A stretch of DNA of 64,000 nucleotides from Octopus vulgaris (GCA_951406725.2 OX597815.1:23312001-23376000); one strand, 5' to 3'. Shown: positions 1-12,197, numbered from the stretch's first letter. Made by a program: numbers and translations. The notes: a model not told the origin generated them from the letters alone.

Positions 1-757
1 TTGCATGCCAGAACTTAATGTATAAGATATATATAGAATGTCTAAACTGCTCCCTCCAGGACCATTGAAAGGTATGTGTTTGCAATCCAGGAACAGGAAA
101 TATCAACCAAGTACCTGATGCACAAAAGGGATAAAGATGCAGGAAAAGCAGTAAAACGTGACAACCAATGCAGACTTTGTAGAGTTAACACTGAAGATAT
201 CACCCATATCATAAGCAATTATCCAAAAATGTCATCACGGTATTATCTATCGATGAGACATGATGTTGTAGCTAGGACATTCTATAATGAAATCCATTGG
301 AAGGATAACCTCGAGTACAAAGAAATAGGAAGTCACAGTATGGTAGAAGCCATAGCCACTCATAATAAAAAGGAATACTGGTGGAATGTCCCAGTGAAGA
401 CCTCAATAAAATGTAAGCACAACAGACCTGATATGAATTGGGACAGAGAAGAGAAACTGTGCACAGTTGTGGGAATTAGCTGCCCAGCAGATGTTAACAT
501 AAAGCTGAAGATCAGTGAAAAAGAGAGCACCTACACTGAACTATTGAGAAATCTGCAGTTACTCTATCCACATAACAAGTTCAGGTTTGTACCTGTAATT
601 ATTGAGGCCCTGGGATGTGTAACACACTGCCTAAATACCAATCCGGAGAAATTAGGCTTCTCAAAATCAGAAAGGAGAAAGCTAATATGAAGACTACAGA
701 TCCAACTCATCATGGAACTGTAAAACTCTGTAAAACTTTCCAGAAGTTTATCATTTA
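1..757 (+). mobile_element. 3' part of an R2/R4(Dong)-type non-LTR retrotransposon ORF (restriction-like endonuclease domain), degraded
   Basis: ORF 76-690 shows CRLC..H..(C>Y) zinc knuckle, RHD motif, RPD..(D/E) nuclease motif and VPVII.ALG. The frame continues past a premature stop to about 757. Confidence 0.85.
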
Positions 758-990
758 AATATGTATGAGCATGTCTAGATATGCAACTATATGCATGAGA
801 ATACATACATAAAGCAAAACATACAAATCTGCACATACACATACATACATACCAACAAAAATACCCTGTTGTTGATGTTGAAATTCCAGTGAAGGAGGCT
901 TGAGTCTGGGTTAGAAACTGGTTCTTTATTGACAAGAAATTTTGTAATAAAACTGAACCATGACATGCATAATTACATACATACATACAT

Positions 991-1665
991 GGTGATTGTC
1001 TTCTCCTTATGCAGAGTTTGACCACCTCCTGCACCTACACCTTAACACCATCATGGCATCTGATGTGGCTTTTTAAACCAGACAATGTTCTGAAAAGACA
1101 CCCACATAGATTGCACCTCTGATTTGGACTACCAAGAGCTGCAGATAAATTCTACGCTTTGTGGATCTTAAAATGTCTCTTGAGGCCTTTGTTGGCTTTG
1201 CAAACCTTCTGGCATACACTGCATTCAAAAGTGTACACAGACATAGAGGCAGAATAGTTGGTGAAGGTTTGTTTTCCATGTATTCACAGATGAGATTTGA
1301 GGCCAGCAAAAGACTGGCATGGTCTGTCACAGACTGTGCACACAAAATGGTCATTGTCATTCACCTTCTCAATTGTTACATTCTTCCTTAGATCTCTTTT
1401 GAGTCTTATCCTGGTCTCTTCAAATGCTTTTACTCCACACCTTTGTTCACCATCCAACTCAATCCAGAGCAAAGGTTTCTGTATCTTCTGGAACCATTCC
1501 AAGTGACTTCATTGTAGCCTTATGCTGTCCTTAAACCATTTTTTAGGTTTACACTGATAGCGTTTCCCCTCTGCAAGCTCACCATAAAACAGCTGTTTCG
1601 GCATGCGTTCATCTACCATTCGAACAATATAGCCACACCATCTCAATTGGTTCCTCAAAATCATA
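991..1665 (-). mobile_element. 3' end of an RTE-like LINE with three C-terminal C2H2 zinc fingers, degraded
   Basis: LRWCGYIVRMVDERMPKQLFYGEL..GKR (RTE C-terminus), then CTVCDRPC..GLKSHL*IH, CSVCQKVC..GLKRHFKIH and CNLCGCLF..GLKSHIRCH. It ends in an (ATGT)n tail. Confidence 0.85.
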
Positions 1666-1860
1666 GCTACATACATAAATACATGCATACATAAATAGTT
1701 ATATACATACACACACACATACATGCATAATTACATACATACATACATATATACATACATACATAATTACATGCATACATACATAATTACATGCATACAT
1801 ACATAATTACATGCATACATACATACATAATTACATACAACACACACACACACATAAATA
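1666..1860. repeat. (CATA)n / CATAATTACATG compound microsatellite
   Basis: Direct reading. Confidence 0.9.
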
Positions 1861-2354
1861 TCATTACCTTCGTTTTAATGTCTTCTTTTCCATGCTTGCA
1901 TGGGTTGGGCAAAATTTGTTGAGGCAGCTTTTCAGTAACTAGATGCAGATGCTCTTCCTATCATCAACCTTCGCATGTTTCCAAGTAAGGTAATATTTTC
2001 CCAAATATCTTTTCACATAAGATTGGATATGAAGGACACTGCTTGCGTGATGATGATGACACTTGTATACAACAATCATACAATGTCAAAGTATGATGAC
2101 AGTAAAACACACACACATATTCATACAATCATAAACGCACACACATAATAGATAAATGATAGAAAATCACTGTGTCCTCATTATAATTCATCCAAGGTGT
2201 GAAATGTACCTCTTCAGGTCCTGTGGATGAGCTTTGCATAGCATACTACAAAGTTTTAACCTGAATCTTATTTAACTATATATGTATAAATATCTTATAT
2301 ATACAAATATCAATGTATTATATATTTATATATTACTATATTATTTTACTACAT

Positions 2355-2667
2355 ATCACCATGATCACCGTGACCGACCAGGCTATCAGATGTTGCTACA
2401 CATCGCTTGTCACAATGCGCTTCGCATTGTTTTAGCCTTCAAATGATTCCACCCCGCTGGCTAAGTGAGCAGGCCAACAGAAAAAAGAATGAGAGAAAGT
2501 TGTGGTGAAAGAGTACAGCAGGAACCGCCATGGCCCCTGCTAGAGCCTCGTGGAGCTTTGGGTGTTTTTCCTTAATAAACACTCACAACGCCCAGTCTGG
2601 AAATCGAAACCGCGATCCTACAACCGTGAGTCCGCTGCCCTAACCATTGGGCCATTGTGCCTCCACA
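2355..2667 (-). mobile_element. tRNA-derived SINE (family 'C', head TGGAGGCGCAATGGCCCAGTGGTTAGGGCAGCGGAC)
   Basis: tRNA-like A/B-box head on the minus strand, homologous to 14193-14578 and 24662-25155. Confidence 0.8.
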
Positions 2668-2839
2668 TTTAACTACATATATATATACATACATATATTA
2701 ATAAATATTTAACTATATATATATATATATATACGCACACATATATATATCATGCATGAATGAATGGTGCTTATCGTATACCACCAGCACTGATAACGGC
2801 CACAACTACAATTTCCATTTGATTGTGATTTGATATGAT

Positions 2840-3678
2840 TTTCATTTACTTGACTCAATAGGTCTCCTCAAGCATAGGATGTTGCCCAACGATTCAAAGG
2901 TACTTTTTAAATGGGCTGGTTATGCAACACTCGTATAGGCTATGGCTGGGATCTCACTTTTCTTGCCGGGTCTTCTCAATCACAGCATATCTCCAGAGGT
3001 CTCGGTCTTTCGTCATTGCCACTATGAAGCTGCCATGTAGCATGGCAGTTCACGTACATGCATCGTACAATCTACCTTTCACTTTGAATGAGAGGCCCTT
3101 TGTCACCAGTAGAGGTAGGAGCTTTCTAAACTTTGCCCAGGCTATTCTTATTCTAGTGGTAACACTCTCTGAGCATCCACCCCCACTACAGAATTGGTCA
3201 CCTAGGTAGCGGAAGCTATCAACTACTTCTAGTTTCTCCCCCAGCATGTGATGGAATCAGTTTTCTGAGCATCTGTGGTGTTTATTGCTCCTGTGCATCT
3301 ACTGCACATAAAAGCTATCTTTCCGGTTAACCTTCCTTTGATGCTGCTGCACCTCTTATGTGTCCATAGCTTACACTGGGTACATCTTATGGAGTTTCTA
3401 CCTACACCTTTTCTACAGATCGAGCAGGGCCACCTACCTGAGGGTGTGTGTGATGAGTTCGCCTTCCTACTTACTAGGACTTTGGTTTTTGTGACATTGA
3501 CTCTAAGGCCCTTACTTCCACACCTGAAATCTCTTCTCTAGTTCTGGTAGTGATTCCTGTACGAGAGCAAGGTCATCAGCAGAGAGGAGCTCCCAGGGGC
3601 AGCCTGTCTTGAATTCCTCTGTTATTGCCTGGAGAACTATGAGGAATAAGAGAGGGCTGACCCTTGGTGAACCCCCAC
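2840..3678 (-). mobile_element. RTE-clade LINE RT/C-terminal fragment
   Basis: SPLLFLIVLQAITEEFKTGCPWELLSADDLAL and FRYLGDQ..RIRIAWAKFRKLLPLL; same family as 26900, 29960 and 46900. Confidence 0.9.
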
Positions 3679-3679
3679 C

Positions 3680-4004
3680 TGACTGGCTCCCCATACCAGT
3701 GGCACATAAAAAGCACCATCTGAATGTGGTCAATGCCAGACCCCTGACTGGCTTCTGTGCCGGTGGCATGTAAAAGGCACCATCTGAACGTGGCCAATGC
3801 TAGTGTCGCCTGACTGGCCCCTGTGCCGATGGCACATAAAAAGCACCCACTACACTCTTGGAGTGGTTGGCGTTAGGAAGGGCATCCAGCTGTAGAAACA
3901 TTGCCAGATCAGATAGGAGCCTGGTGTGGCCTCCTGGCTCGCCAGTCTCCAGTCAATCCATCCAATTCATGACAGCATGGAAAATAGACATTAAACGATG
4001 ATGA

Positions 4005-4007
<3 letters not shown>
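3680..4007 (+). mobile_element. Non-autonomous retroelement / RTE 3'-UTR-derived repeat (family 'D') ending TTAAACGATGATG
   Basis: Internal GGCAC(A/G)TAAAAAGCACC repeats and a (GAT)n tail. Other copies at about 5750-5950, 22650-22945, 25768-26143(-), 26577-26880(-), 31600-31850 and 61138-61282. Confidence 0.75.
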
Positions 4008-4055
<48 letters not shown>

Positions 4056-4062
<7 letters not shown>

Positions 4063-4260
4063 TGGGGAAGGCTGGTTTATGGGATTACCTCTTTATGGGG
4101 TTTCCTGTCTATAAAGGGTTTAGCTTTATGGCATATCATCAGATCCCCAAGAAACCTGTTGGCCCATATTTTCGGGATATGACAATACACCATAAAGCTA
4201 AACCCTTTATGGGTGGGAAACGTAAGGTAATCCCATAAACCGGCCTTCCCTATTTTTAAT
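4056..4260. mobile_element. About 200-bp foldback element with head-to-head hammerhead-like motifs, next to (TA)n
   Basis: The two arms are reverse complements (AAAAATGGGGAAGGCTGGTTTATGGGATTACC / GGTAATCCCATAAACCGGCCTTCCCTATTTTT). Confidence 0.7.
4081..4147 (-). ncRNA. Type I hammerhead ribozyme-like motif
   Basis: Minus strand reads GGGAT-CTGATGA-[stem II]-GAAAC-cccataaagag-GTA-ATCCC. Stem I (GGGAT/ATCCC) is perfect and the core is intact; stem II is imperfect. Confidence 0.6.
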
Positions 4261-4319
4261 ATATACTGCTCTACATCTTAGAATGTGCTTCTTCTTTTGG
4301 ATTTATGTCTTTTACAAAT

Positions 4320-4327
4320 GATATATG

Positions 4328-4389
<62 letters not shown>

Positions 4390-4414
4390 GTGTGTGTGTG
4401 TGTGAGTGTGTGTG

Positions 4415-4493
<79 letters not shown>

Positions 4494-4556
4494 ATATATA
4501 TATGTGTGTGTATGTATATATGTTTAGATTTATATATATACTTATATATATATATC
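4320..4556. repeat. Compound (TA)n/(TG)n microsatellite
   Basis: Direct reading. Confidence 0.95.
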
Positions 4557-5054
4557 ATTATCATCGTCATCATCATTTAGTTTCTGTTTTCCATGCTGGC
4601 ATGGGTTACATGGTTTAACTGGAACTGGTAAACCAGAGAACTGTACCAAGCTCTAGTTTAAAATGGTTTGGTTTCTATGGCTGGATGCCCTTTGTAATGC
4701 CATCCACTCTTTCAGTTTCTGTTTAGCAAATCCACTCAAAAGGCTTTGGTCAGCTCGTGCCAGCCGTGAAGACACTTTCCCAAGACACTACACAGTGAGG
4801 ATTAATTCCGTATATGTGATTGAAAAGTAAACTTACCACACATACCCTTGACTGTCCCTATTTATACATATACACGTCTTTCTAACTATTTATCTATCTC
4901 TATCTGTGTAGTAAAAGTATTTTCATAACTTTATCTGTCATATGACAGATAACACTAGCTAATATATAGTAACCAAGAGTAATAGATCCAATAAGATCCA
5001 TGTTATCTCTCTTTTGGGGATGGACAGACAGAGAAAGATAGGGACACACTGCCA

Positions 5055-5206
5055 ATTATGTACATTATTTACATTTTGACGGATTTTGTCTTCATCTTGT
5101 TTGTTGTTAACATATTTCGGTTGATATACCCTCCAGCCTTCATCAGGTGTCTTGGGGAAATTTCGAACCTGGGTTCTCATTTCTAAGATATTTTTTGATA
5201 TTGTTG

Positions 5207-5260
<54 letters not shown>

Positions 5261-5360
5261 TGGTCACTGCATGGAATCAAACTCGGAATCTTGGGGTTAG
5301 CAGCCCGAGCTCTTAACCACTACGTCATATGCCCATGGGCATATGGCGTAGTGGTTAAAA
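5055..5360 (-). mobile_element. Short element: tRNA-like head + (TAA)n + degenerate hammerhead motif
   Basis: Minus-strand head GGGCATATGACGTAGTGGTTAAGAGC...GTTTGATTCC; (TTA)n at 5210-5259; GACAC-CTGATGA-aggctg..tcaacc-GAAA at 5151-5115. Confidence 0.55.
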
Positions 5361-6492
5361 TGTTGATTTCTGTTGTTGATTACGTCATTTCTTGGGTTCT
5401 CAATTCCTAATGTTGTGGCAAAGATGTCATCATGGTGTTTCTTGGGCAATTTAAACTGGTTTACCCTATCTCCCTCTAGGAGTGAATTTGAACACAGCTA
5501 TCTTCTTCTAGAGAGAAAGAGAAGAACTGATCTCAGAACTGAAATGGCTTTGAAAGGATGAAAAGCAAAGTTGGCTTTAGCAACTCAGAACACAGAGAGT
5601 GATAATGAATACTGCAAAAAATTCTACTGTCTCATCCTGATCAAACAGATTAATAATGGTTTCAAATTTTGGCATGAGACCAGCAGTTTTCGAGGGAAGG
5701 AGGAAATCTATTACATCAACCCCAGTATTTTGCTAGTATATATTTTAGTTGTGGCAGATACTTGTAGCATGTAAAAGCACCCATCACACTCTCGGAGTGG
5801 TTGGCGTTAGGAAAGCATCCAACTGTAGAAGAACATGCCAAATCAGACTGGAGTTTGGTGCAGCCTTCCAGCTTACCAGTCCTAGTCAAACCGTCCAACC
5901 CATGCCAGCATGGTCAACAGACACTAAATGATGATGATGATGATGATGATGACCCTAAAAGGAAGCAAAGTCGACCACAGTGGAATCTGAGTTCAGAATA
6001 TAAAGATGGATGAAATACGGATAAGCATTTTGCCCAGCATGCTAACAGTTCTGCCATCTTGCTGCTTTAAACAGATTAATGATAAAAAGGCTTTCCATTT
6101 GTGACCATCCCATCCATTTTTCTAGGGTAAATAGAATTACATTATCTAATGTATCCTTTCATTGGATGCTGTGATTTGAGGGAGATTTTGGTTGCTATTT
6201 CCAGCAAGTAAAATGACCATATGGAATCTTCTTTGTTGACTAATCTTGTAAGTTGCTGTAACACTGGATTATCTATGTGGCTCTATCACTAGAATGATAG
6301 TAAGATTTGACTTTGATGTGATTTGCATACCAGGATGTGCCTATGTACTGTAGTCGTGTGGGAAGGTCATTTATGTATAAGTTAAGAAGAGTAAACAGAG
6401 GATAGAGCCATCAGTCAGGAAGTTACTGATATCAAATGCGTTATTGTTATTACACTCTATGAGGGTTTGGTGACCAGAAATAATCCACCAAC

Positions 6493-6730
6493 TAAAAAGG
6501 CGGCGAGCTGGCAGAAACGTTAGCACACTGGGCGAAATGCTTAGCGGTATTTCGTCTGCCGCTACGTTCTGAGTTCAAATTCCGCCGAGGTCGACTTTTC
6601 CTTTCATCCTTTTCGGGGTCGATAAATTAAGTACCAGTTACGCACTGGGGTCGATGTAATCAACTTTATCCCTTTGTCTGTCCTTGTTTGTCCCCTCTAT
6701 GTTTAGCCCCTTGTGGGCAATAAAGAAATA
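6493..6730 (+). mobile_element. SINE family 'B' (GGCGGCGAGCTGGCAGAAACGTTAGC...), full length with target-site duplication (TSD)
   Basis: GTTCAAATTCC B-box; 17-bp TSD AGAAATAATCCACCAAC at 6476-6492 and 6731-6747. Confidence 0.9.
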
Positions 6731-7057
6731 AGAAATAATCCACCAACCAGTATTTCATGTTTTTAAGGAGCTGTTTATAAGTATTTTATAAGGCATAGGC
6801 TTGATTGTATGGGTAAAAAGCTTGCTTAACAACCATGTGGTTTGAGGTTCTGTCCCACTGCATCTTGGATATGTGTCTTCTACTATAGCCTCAGGTCAAC
6901 CAAAGCCTTGTGAGTGGATTTAGTTGGTGGGAACTTGAAAGTAACTCTTATGCATATTTGGTGCAAGCATTGCAAGTGTGTGTTCTTGTCTCAGTATCAC
7001 ATGGTGGTTCTCAACAAGCATCACTGTCATATAAGTATAGAAATGTAGAGGTTAAAG

Positions 7058-7168
7058 TGATGATGATGATGATGATGAGGAGGAGGAGGAGGAGGAGGAG
7101 GAGGAGGAGGAAGAGGAGGAGGACGACGACGACGACGATGGTGGTGGTGGTTGTTGTTGTTGTTGTTA
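7058..7168. repeat. Compound trinucleotide run (GAT)n(GAG)n(GAC)n(GGT)n(GTT)n
   Basis: Direct reading. Confidence 0.9.
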
Positions 7169-8009
7169 AGCAACAAGACGAGTAAGGGTGATTAGGTGAT
7201 GGTCTAGGGCTTAGGGGCGGGAGACCCCAGAACTTGGGAAAAAAAAACTTTGGCCATCTTATTGTAGTTGAGGGCTCTTCGTTGATGCCCGACACCACTG
7301 GGAGGTAGCCCTCGAGTCGCTGGAAATGTAAATCTCCAGGTCCAGATTCTTGAATGGCTGGTGGTGGTGGTGGTGGAGGTGGAGGTGGTGATGATGCAGT
7401 ATTTGGTGAAGCATAGAGTTGAATGTTTAGTAGTTAGAATGGTGAATGACTTGTTTTTTGCCTTGTTATAGAAACTGTGATGTGGTGGTGGTGCTGGCTG
7501 AATGTAATATTTCGAATCCATATTGTAAAAAGAAAAGAGAATTGTGAAGGTATAAATGACTGTTGGAATTTTGTTAGATTGTTTAGATAAAATTGTTTAA
7601 TGCTGACCAGTTTCTGGATTCTCAAGTTTTTGTAGTGTAGATATGAGTGGTTGTAGCTGTAGGGTGTATTCATCTTTTTCAAGTGTTTCAAGTATCTGTT
7701 GTTAAACCATCAGATGTTTGAGTTTTCATATTTTCTATTGTCTTTCTGGTATTAACTGACAGGAAGTCACTTATATTTCATTTTGTGGTATGGGTTTGGT
7801 GATGATTAATTGTTGAAGAGTATTTGGAATATGAGAACCATATTAGTAGCATCATATGCTCTTAAACAAATTTGTGCTCTGGGACCATAATCAATCTAAT
7901 GTACTTCACTGTGCTTAATGTACCCTGCCTTAATACAGCAAAGGGTGTTATTTCTATTGGAATGTATGTACTACGAGTGTAGATATGTTATGGATGTTGG
8001 ACTGAGGGT

Positions 8010-8346
8010 GTGTTAGAATTGTTGAAGTGTAGGTAATGTTATTACTGTTGGAGTGTGAATCTATGTTATTCCTGTTAGAGCATTTTACACTCTAACAGTA
8101 ATAACATAAATCCATGCTCCAACAGTAATAACATAAATCCATGCTCCAACAGTAATAACATAAATCCATGCTCCAACAGTAATAACATAAATCCATGCTC
8201 CAACAGTAATAACATAAATCCATGCTCCAACAGTAATAACATAAATCCATGCTCCAACAGTAATAACATAAATCCACACTCCAACAGTAATGATATACCC
8301 ACACTCCACCAACAGTAACATACCTACACTCCAACAGTTATAACAC
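8010..8346. repeat. 27-bp minisatellite (AACAGTAATAACATAAATCCATGCTCC, about 9 units) inside a foldback structure
   Basis: Tandem array at about 8094-8336. 8010-8080 carries inverted copies of the unit and of the array's right end. Confidence 0.85.
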
Positions 8347-8462
8347 GTGATTTAAAATTGATTTTGCGATACGTATGTTTGGCTATTATTACAATTGCTG
8401 AAAGTGGGGATTGGCACAATGATTAGTGATGGACAAAATGCCTTGCAATATATCTTCAAACA

Positions 8463-8678
8463 AAGGCGGTAAGCTGGCAGAATTGTTAGCATGCTGGGCA
8501 AAATGCTTAGTGGCATTTTGCCCGTCTTTGCATTCTGAGTTCAAATCCCATGGAAGTTGACTTTACTTTTTATCCTCTTGGGGTTGATAAAATAAGTACC
8601 AGTTGAGTATTGGGGTTGATGTAATCAACTTATCCCCTCCCTCGAAATTACTGGCCTGGTTCCCAAATTTGAAACTAA
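8463..8678 (+). mobile_element. SINE 'B'-related copy nested in an older copy of the same family
   Basis: TSD ATATCTTCAAACA on both sides; the flanks (about 8405-8460 and 8695-8830) are B-like. Confidence 0.7.
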
Positions 8679-9041
8679 AATATCTTCAAACACTTTATAT
8701 GCTGAGTTCAAATTGTGCTGAGGTCATCTTTGCTTTACATCATTTAAGGGGATAAAATAAAGCACCAGTTAAATATTAGGGCCAATTTAATTGTCTGACC
8801 TTTCTCCCTTGATATTTCTGATCATGTGTTTCAAACAATTATGAGAGATGTTGATGCTGTTTTAGGATTTATGTTGGATGCAAATATTTTCTTGCTTCAA
8901 GATACAGGTGAGCCTTTGTGGTCACAAGTTTGCTTCTCAACCACATAGTTCTGAGTTTGGCCCCATAGTGTGGCACCACCTCAGGTAAGTGTTTTCTGCT
9001 GTAACCCTGAGACGGCCAAAGCCTTGTTAGTGGATTTGGTA

Positions 9042-9077
<36 letters not shown>

Positions 9078-9207
9078 AGATGGTAAACGTTTTTAATTTT
9101 CATTCCTTTCAAGAATTTATCCTTAATTGGTGGTTTGAGTTTTCTACTACTCTTTCTAGCACAAAGCTTTCCTATTTGGAAGCCTCTTGTTGTATTTCTA
9201 TGGGAAT

Positions 9208-9235
<28 letters not shown>

Positions 9236-9239
<4 letters not shown>

Positions 9240-9860
9240 AAGTCTGATAAATAAGTATCCTGACTGTTGCCATAGTAACGAAGCTAAAGCTCACAGAGTG
9301 AAGCCACTTGGCAAACTGACCTTGACCTCAGTTATGCATGTGCACTAAGTTTTAACATTCTAGCTCACTTCTGCTGTTTACAACAGTGGTTTGAAGGAAG
9401 ATGTGTTTAATGTGTGATCGTCACATTGACCATAACAGAGAAAGTTGTCATGGTGATACCTGCTCAGAAGCATATGCAGAGTTGCAGAAAGTGTATGGAG
9501 AGGAGTGTATGAGCCACACACAAGTGTATGAGTGTTTCAGACATTTCCAAGATGGCCGAAAAAATGTTGATAGTGACGAACATTTTGGGAGACCTGCAAC
9601 TAGCAGAACTGAGAAAAACGTCACAGATGTGCATGCAGCTGTGAGGGGAAATTGTTGAATCACCCTCTGTGAGTTATCAGAGGATGTGCAGATTAGCTAT
9701 GGTTCGGTTCAGTCCATTATCCCTGAAGATTTGGGTATGAGATGTGTGTCTGCCAAGTTTGTGCCAAAACTGCTTTCAGCTGACGAAAAAGACACTCTGG
9801 TTTCAGTTGCACAAGATCTCCTTGGTTGTGTCGAGAATGATGGAAACTTTTTGAAAACTC
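9236..9860 (+). mobile_element. mariner transposon 5' fragment (terminal inverted repeat (TIR) + HTH region of transposase)
   Basis: LQKVYGEECMSHTQVYECFRHFQDGR...GRP and ISYGSVQSII.EDLGMRCVSAKFVPKLL. Confidence 0.85.
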
Positions 9861-10249
9861 TGTGTAGGCCTCTGAGCAGGTATCAAAGTCGCTGGAAATG
9901 GAGATCTCCAGATCCAAATTCTTGAATGGCTATGCAAAGCTATTGTAGCTTGATGCTGTCCTATGGTTCACTGGACCCTGTCAAACTGCACAACCCATGC
10001 CAGAATGGAAAATGGCCATTAAATGATGATGATGATGATATACAGTAGGCTTTCACACAGCTTCCATCTACCAAATTCACTCACAAGGCATTGGCCAGAA
10101 GGGGTATAGTATAAGGTACTTGCTCATGGTGTTGTGCAGTGGGACTGAACCCGAAACCACATGGTTGTAAACTGAGCTTGTTAACCACACAGCCATGACT
10201 GCACCTGAGTCATGAATATATCATTACATAAATGTAGTTTTATATATAA

Positions 10250-10763
10250 CTAGCAGTATCGCCCGGCGTTGCTCGGGTTTGTAAGGGAAATAACTATATA
10301 AGCATTTTTAGAGAGTTACTTCCCTTATAGATGCCAATTCGGGCTTTCTTAGCCATTTCTGTTTTGGTGTCTTCAAGCCATGAAGTCGTTGTTCTAAAAG
10401 AACGCTGGTCTCCTTGACAACGCTTTACGACGTTGATTTCCTTACACTCCCTTCCCCACAGCTTCACGAGGGAGGGAAGAAGGGGGAGAAGCAAACAGGT
10501 GCAGGTGTGACCATGGACGCCAACTCCGCCGCCATCGACACACGAAAAATTATGCATTAAAATGGAATAAAAAATGATGTTAAATTATTTTTAAAATCGT
10601 AGACTCATCGTAGACGCGCGCTAATACTCAGACGGGCTCGATATGAATCACGACTATAAAGATACCCGAATTTGGTTAAACTGCACCGCAAAATGTGGGA
10701 GTAGTTAGGAATTTAAATCGTAGGGGACAGACACTCACACAACTACAGTTTTATATATATAGA
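10250..10763 (-). mobile_element. Non-autonomous Helitron, complete
   Basis: Minus strand starts TCTATATATATAAAA and ends with hairpin CCCGAGCAACGCCGGG + CTAG, inserted at A|T. Confidence 0.85.
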
Positions 10764-11744
10764 TTTTATCAAGATAGTAGGATGTAGCTTAAGGGAAATT
10801 TGGTTCTTATTTCCACTAACTCACTCTCGTTGGTTCAATTTACAATATATTTTGTTGTTAACTATGTTGATGTTTAAGATTTTTAAAAAGTATATTTTCA
10901 CTTATTGAATGCAAGGGTAACTGCACTGATTGTTTGTAGAAGGTTTATCCTTACCACAATCATTATAATATATTTATATTGTTGTGTTTCTATGTGTAAG
11001 TGTATATTTAAGTATATGTGTTAATGTGAGTACATGTGAAAGAGTGTGTATGCGTGCATGGTTATGCATCTGTGCAAGTTCTTTGAAAGATAATGATTTC
11101 TTCCTGGGAATGTAATGTCTTTTAGCAAATTACTGTTGTTAAGATTCAGATTTTGTAAGTCTGCCAGGATTTTCTTCAAGTTCATATTTTGTTAACCAAC
11201 ATAAAGACAGTATTTTAAAATAGAAAGTCAAAACAGCCTTTCTTGTTATGATGCAAGTCTTATGGTATATGACTACTTTCAGTATTTCATTTAAACCCTG
11301 TTCACTTTTTTCAGAAACTTTGATTAGGATCATTTTTACTGAATCATCTCTCAATCACTCCCAAAATAAATTATAGATAATTTATTTTTACTTATACATG
11401 TAAAATATGAGCTTTCTTTTAAGAAGCTGTTTCCTTGTGATAACTACAATCACAATCATGAGTTGTGCTTGAAGTTGTTTTCACTTAAGATCCTTCTTGG
11501 ATCAGGACATGCAACATGATACTGTGCATTATTTATCACTAGCATCATTGCTTTTATGTCAGCTTTCCCAAACTGGCAAGGATTAGATGGGACATTTTAA
11601 AGCAGTGTCTTATGGCCCGATGCCCTTCCTGATGCCAACTCTTTTAGCTGCCTCTTACAGCATGCCAAGGACAGAGTGTACCTACAGTATTCCTATTCTG
11701 AAAATTGGGATACACATAGGACATGTTTTCACATAATTCACATA

Positions 11745-12126
11745 GGCGCAGGAGTGGCTGTGTGGTAAGTAGCTTGTCTGCCAACCACATGGTTCCGGGT
11801 TCAGTCCCACTGCGAGGCACCTTGGGCAAGTGTCTTCTGCTATAGCCTCGGGCCGACCAAAGCCTTGTGAGTGGATTTGGTAGACGGAAACTGAAAGAAG
11901 CCTGTCGTGTATATGTATATGTATGTATGTGTATGTGTTTGTACCTCTAGCATTGCTTGACAACCGATGCTGGTGTGTTTACGTCCCCGTCACTTAGCGG
12001 TTCGGCAAAAGTGCCGATAGAATAAGTACTGGGCTTACAAAGAATAAGTCCCGGGGTCGATTTGCTCGACTAAAGGTTGTGCTCCAGCATGGCCGCAATC
12101 AAATGACTGAAACATGTAAAAGAGAA
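11745..12126 (+). mobile_element. SINE family 'A' (GGCGCAGGAGTGGCTGTGTGGTAAG...GACTGAAACAAGTAAAAGAG)
   Basis: tRNA-like head with GGTTCAGTCCC, internal (TA/TG)n and a conserved tail; more than 10 copies in the window. Confidence 0.9.
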
Positions 12127-12197
12127 TATAGCAGTGCATTGCTATGTGGTGCCTGAATTATTTTTAGAATTCTTGTATATGAAAGATCGTTATCATT

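Noticed and set aside
7190-7960. Possible LINE ORF1 remnant (shares about 50 bp with 9880-9930)
   Set aside because: Too degraded to assign by eye.
8094-8336. CRISPR-like array or repeat-protein ORFs
   Set aside because: The units are contiguous with no unique spacers; this is a eukaryotic minisatellite.
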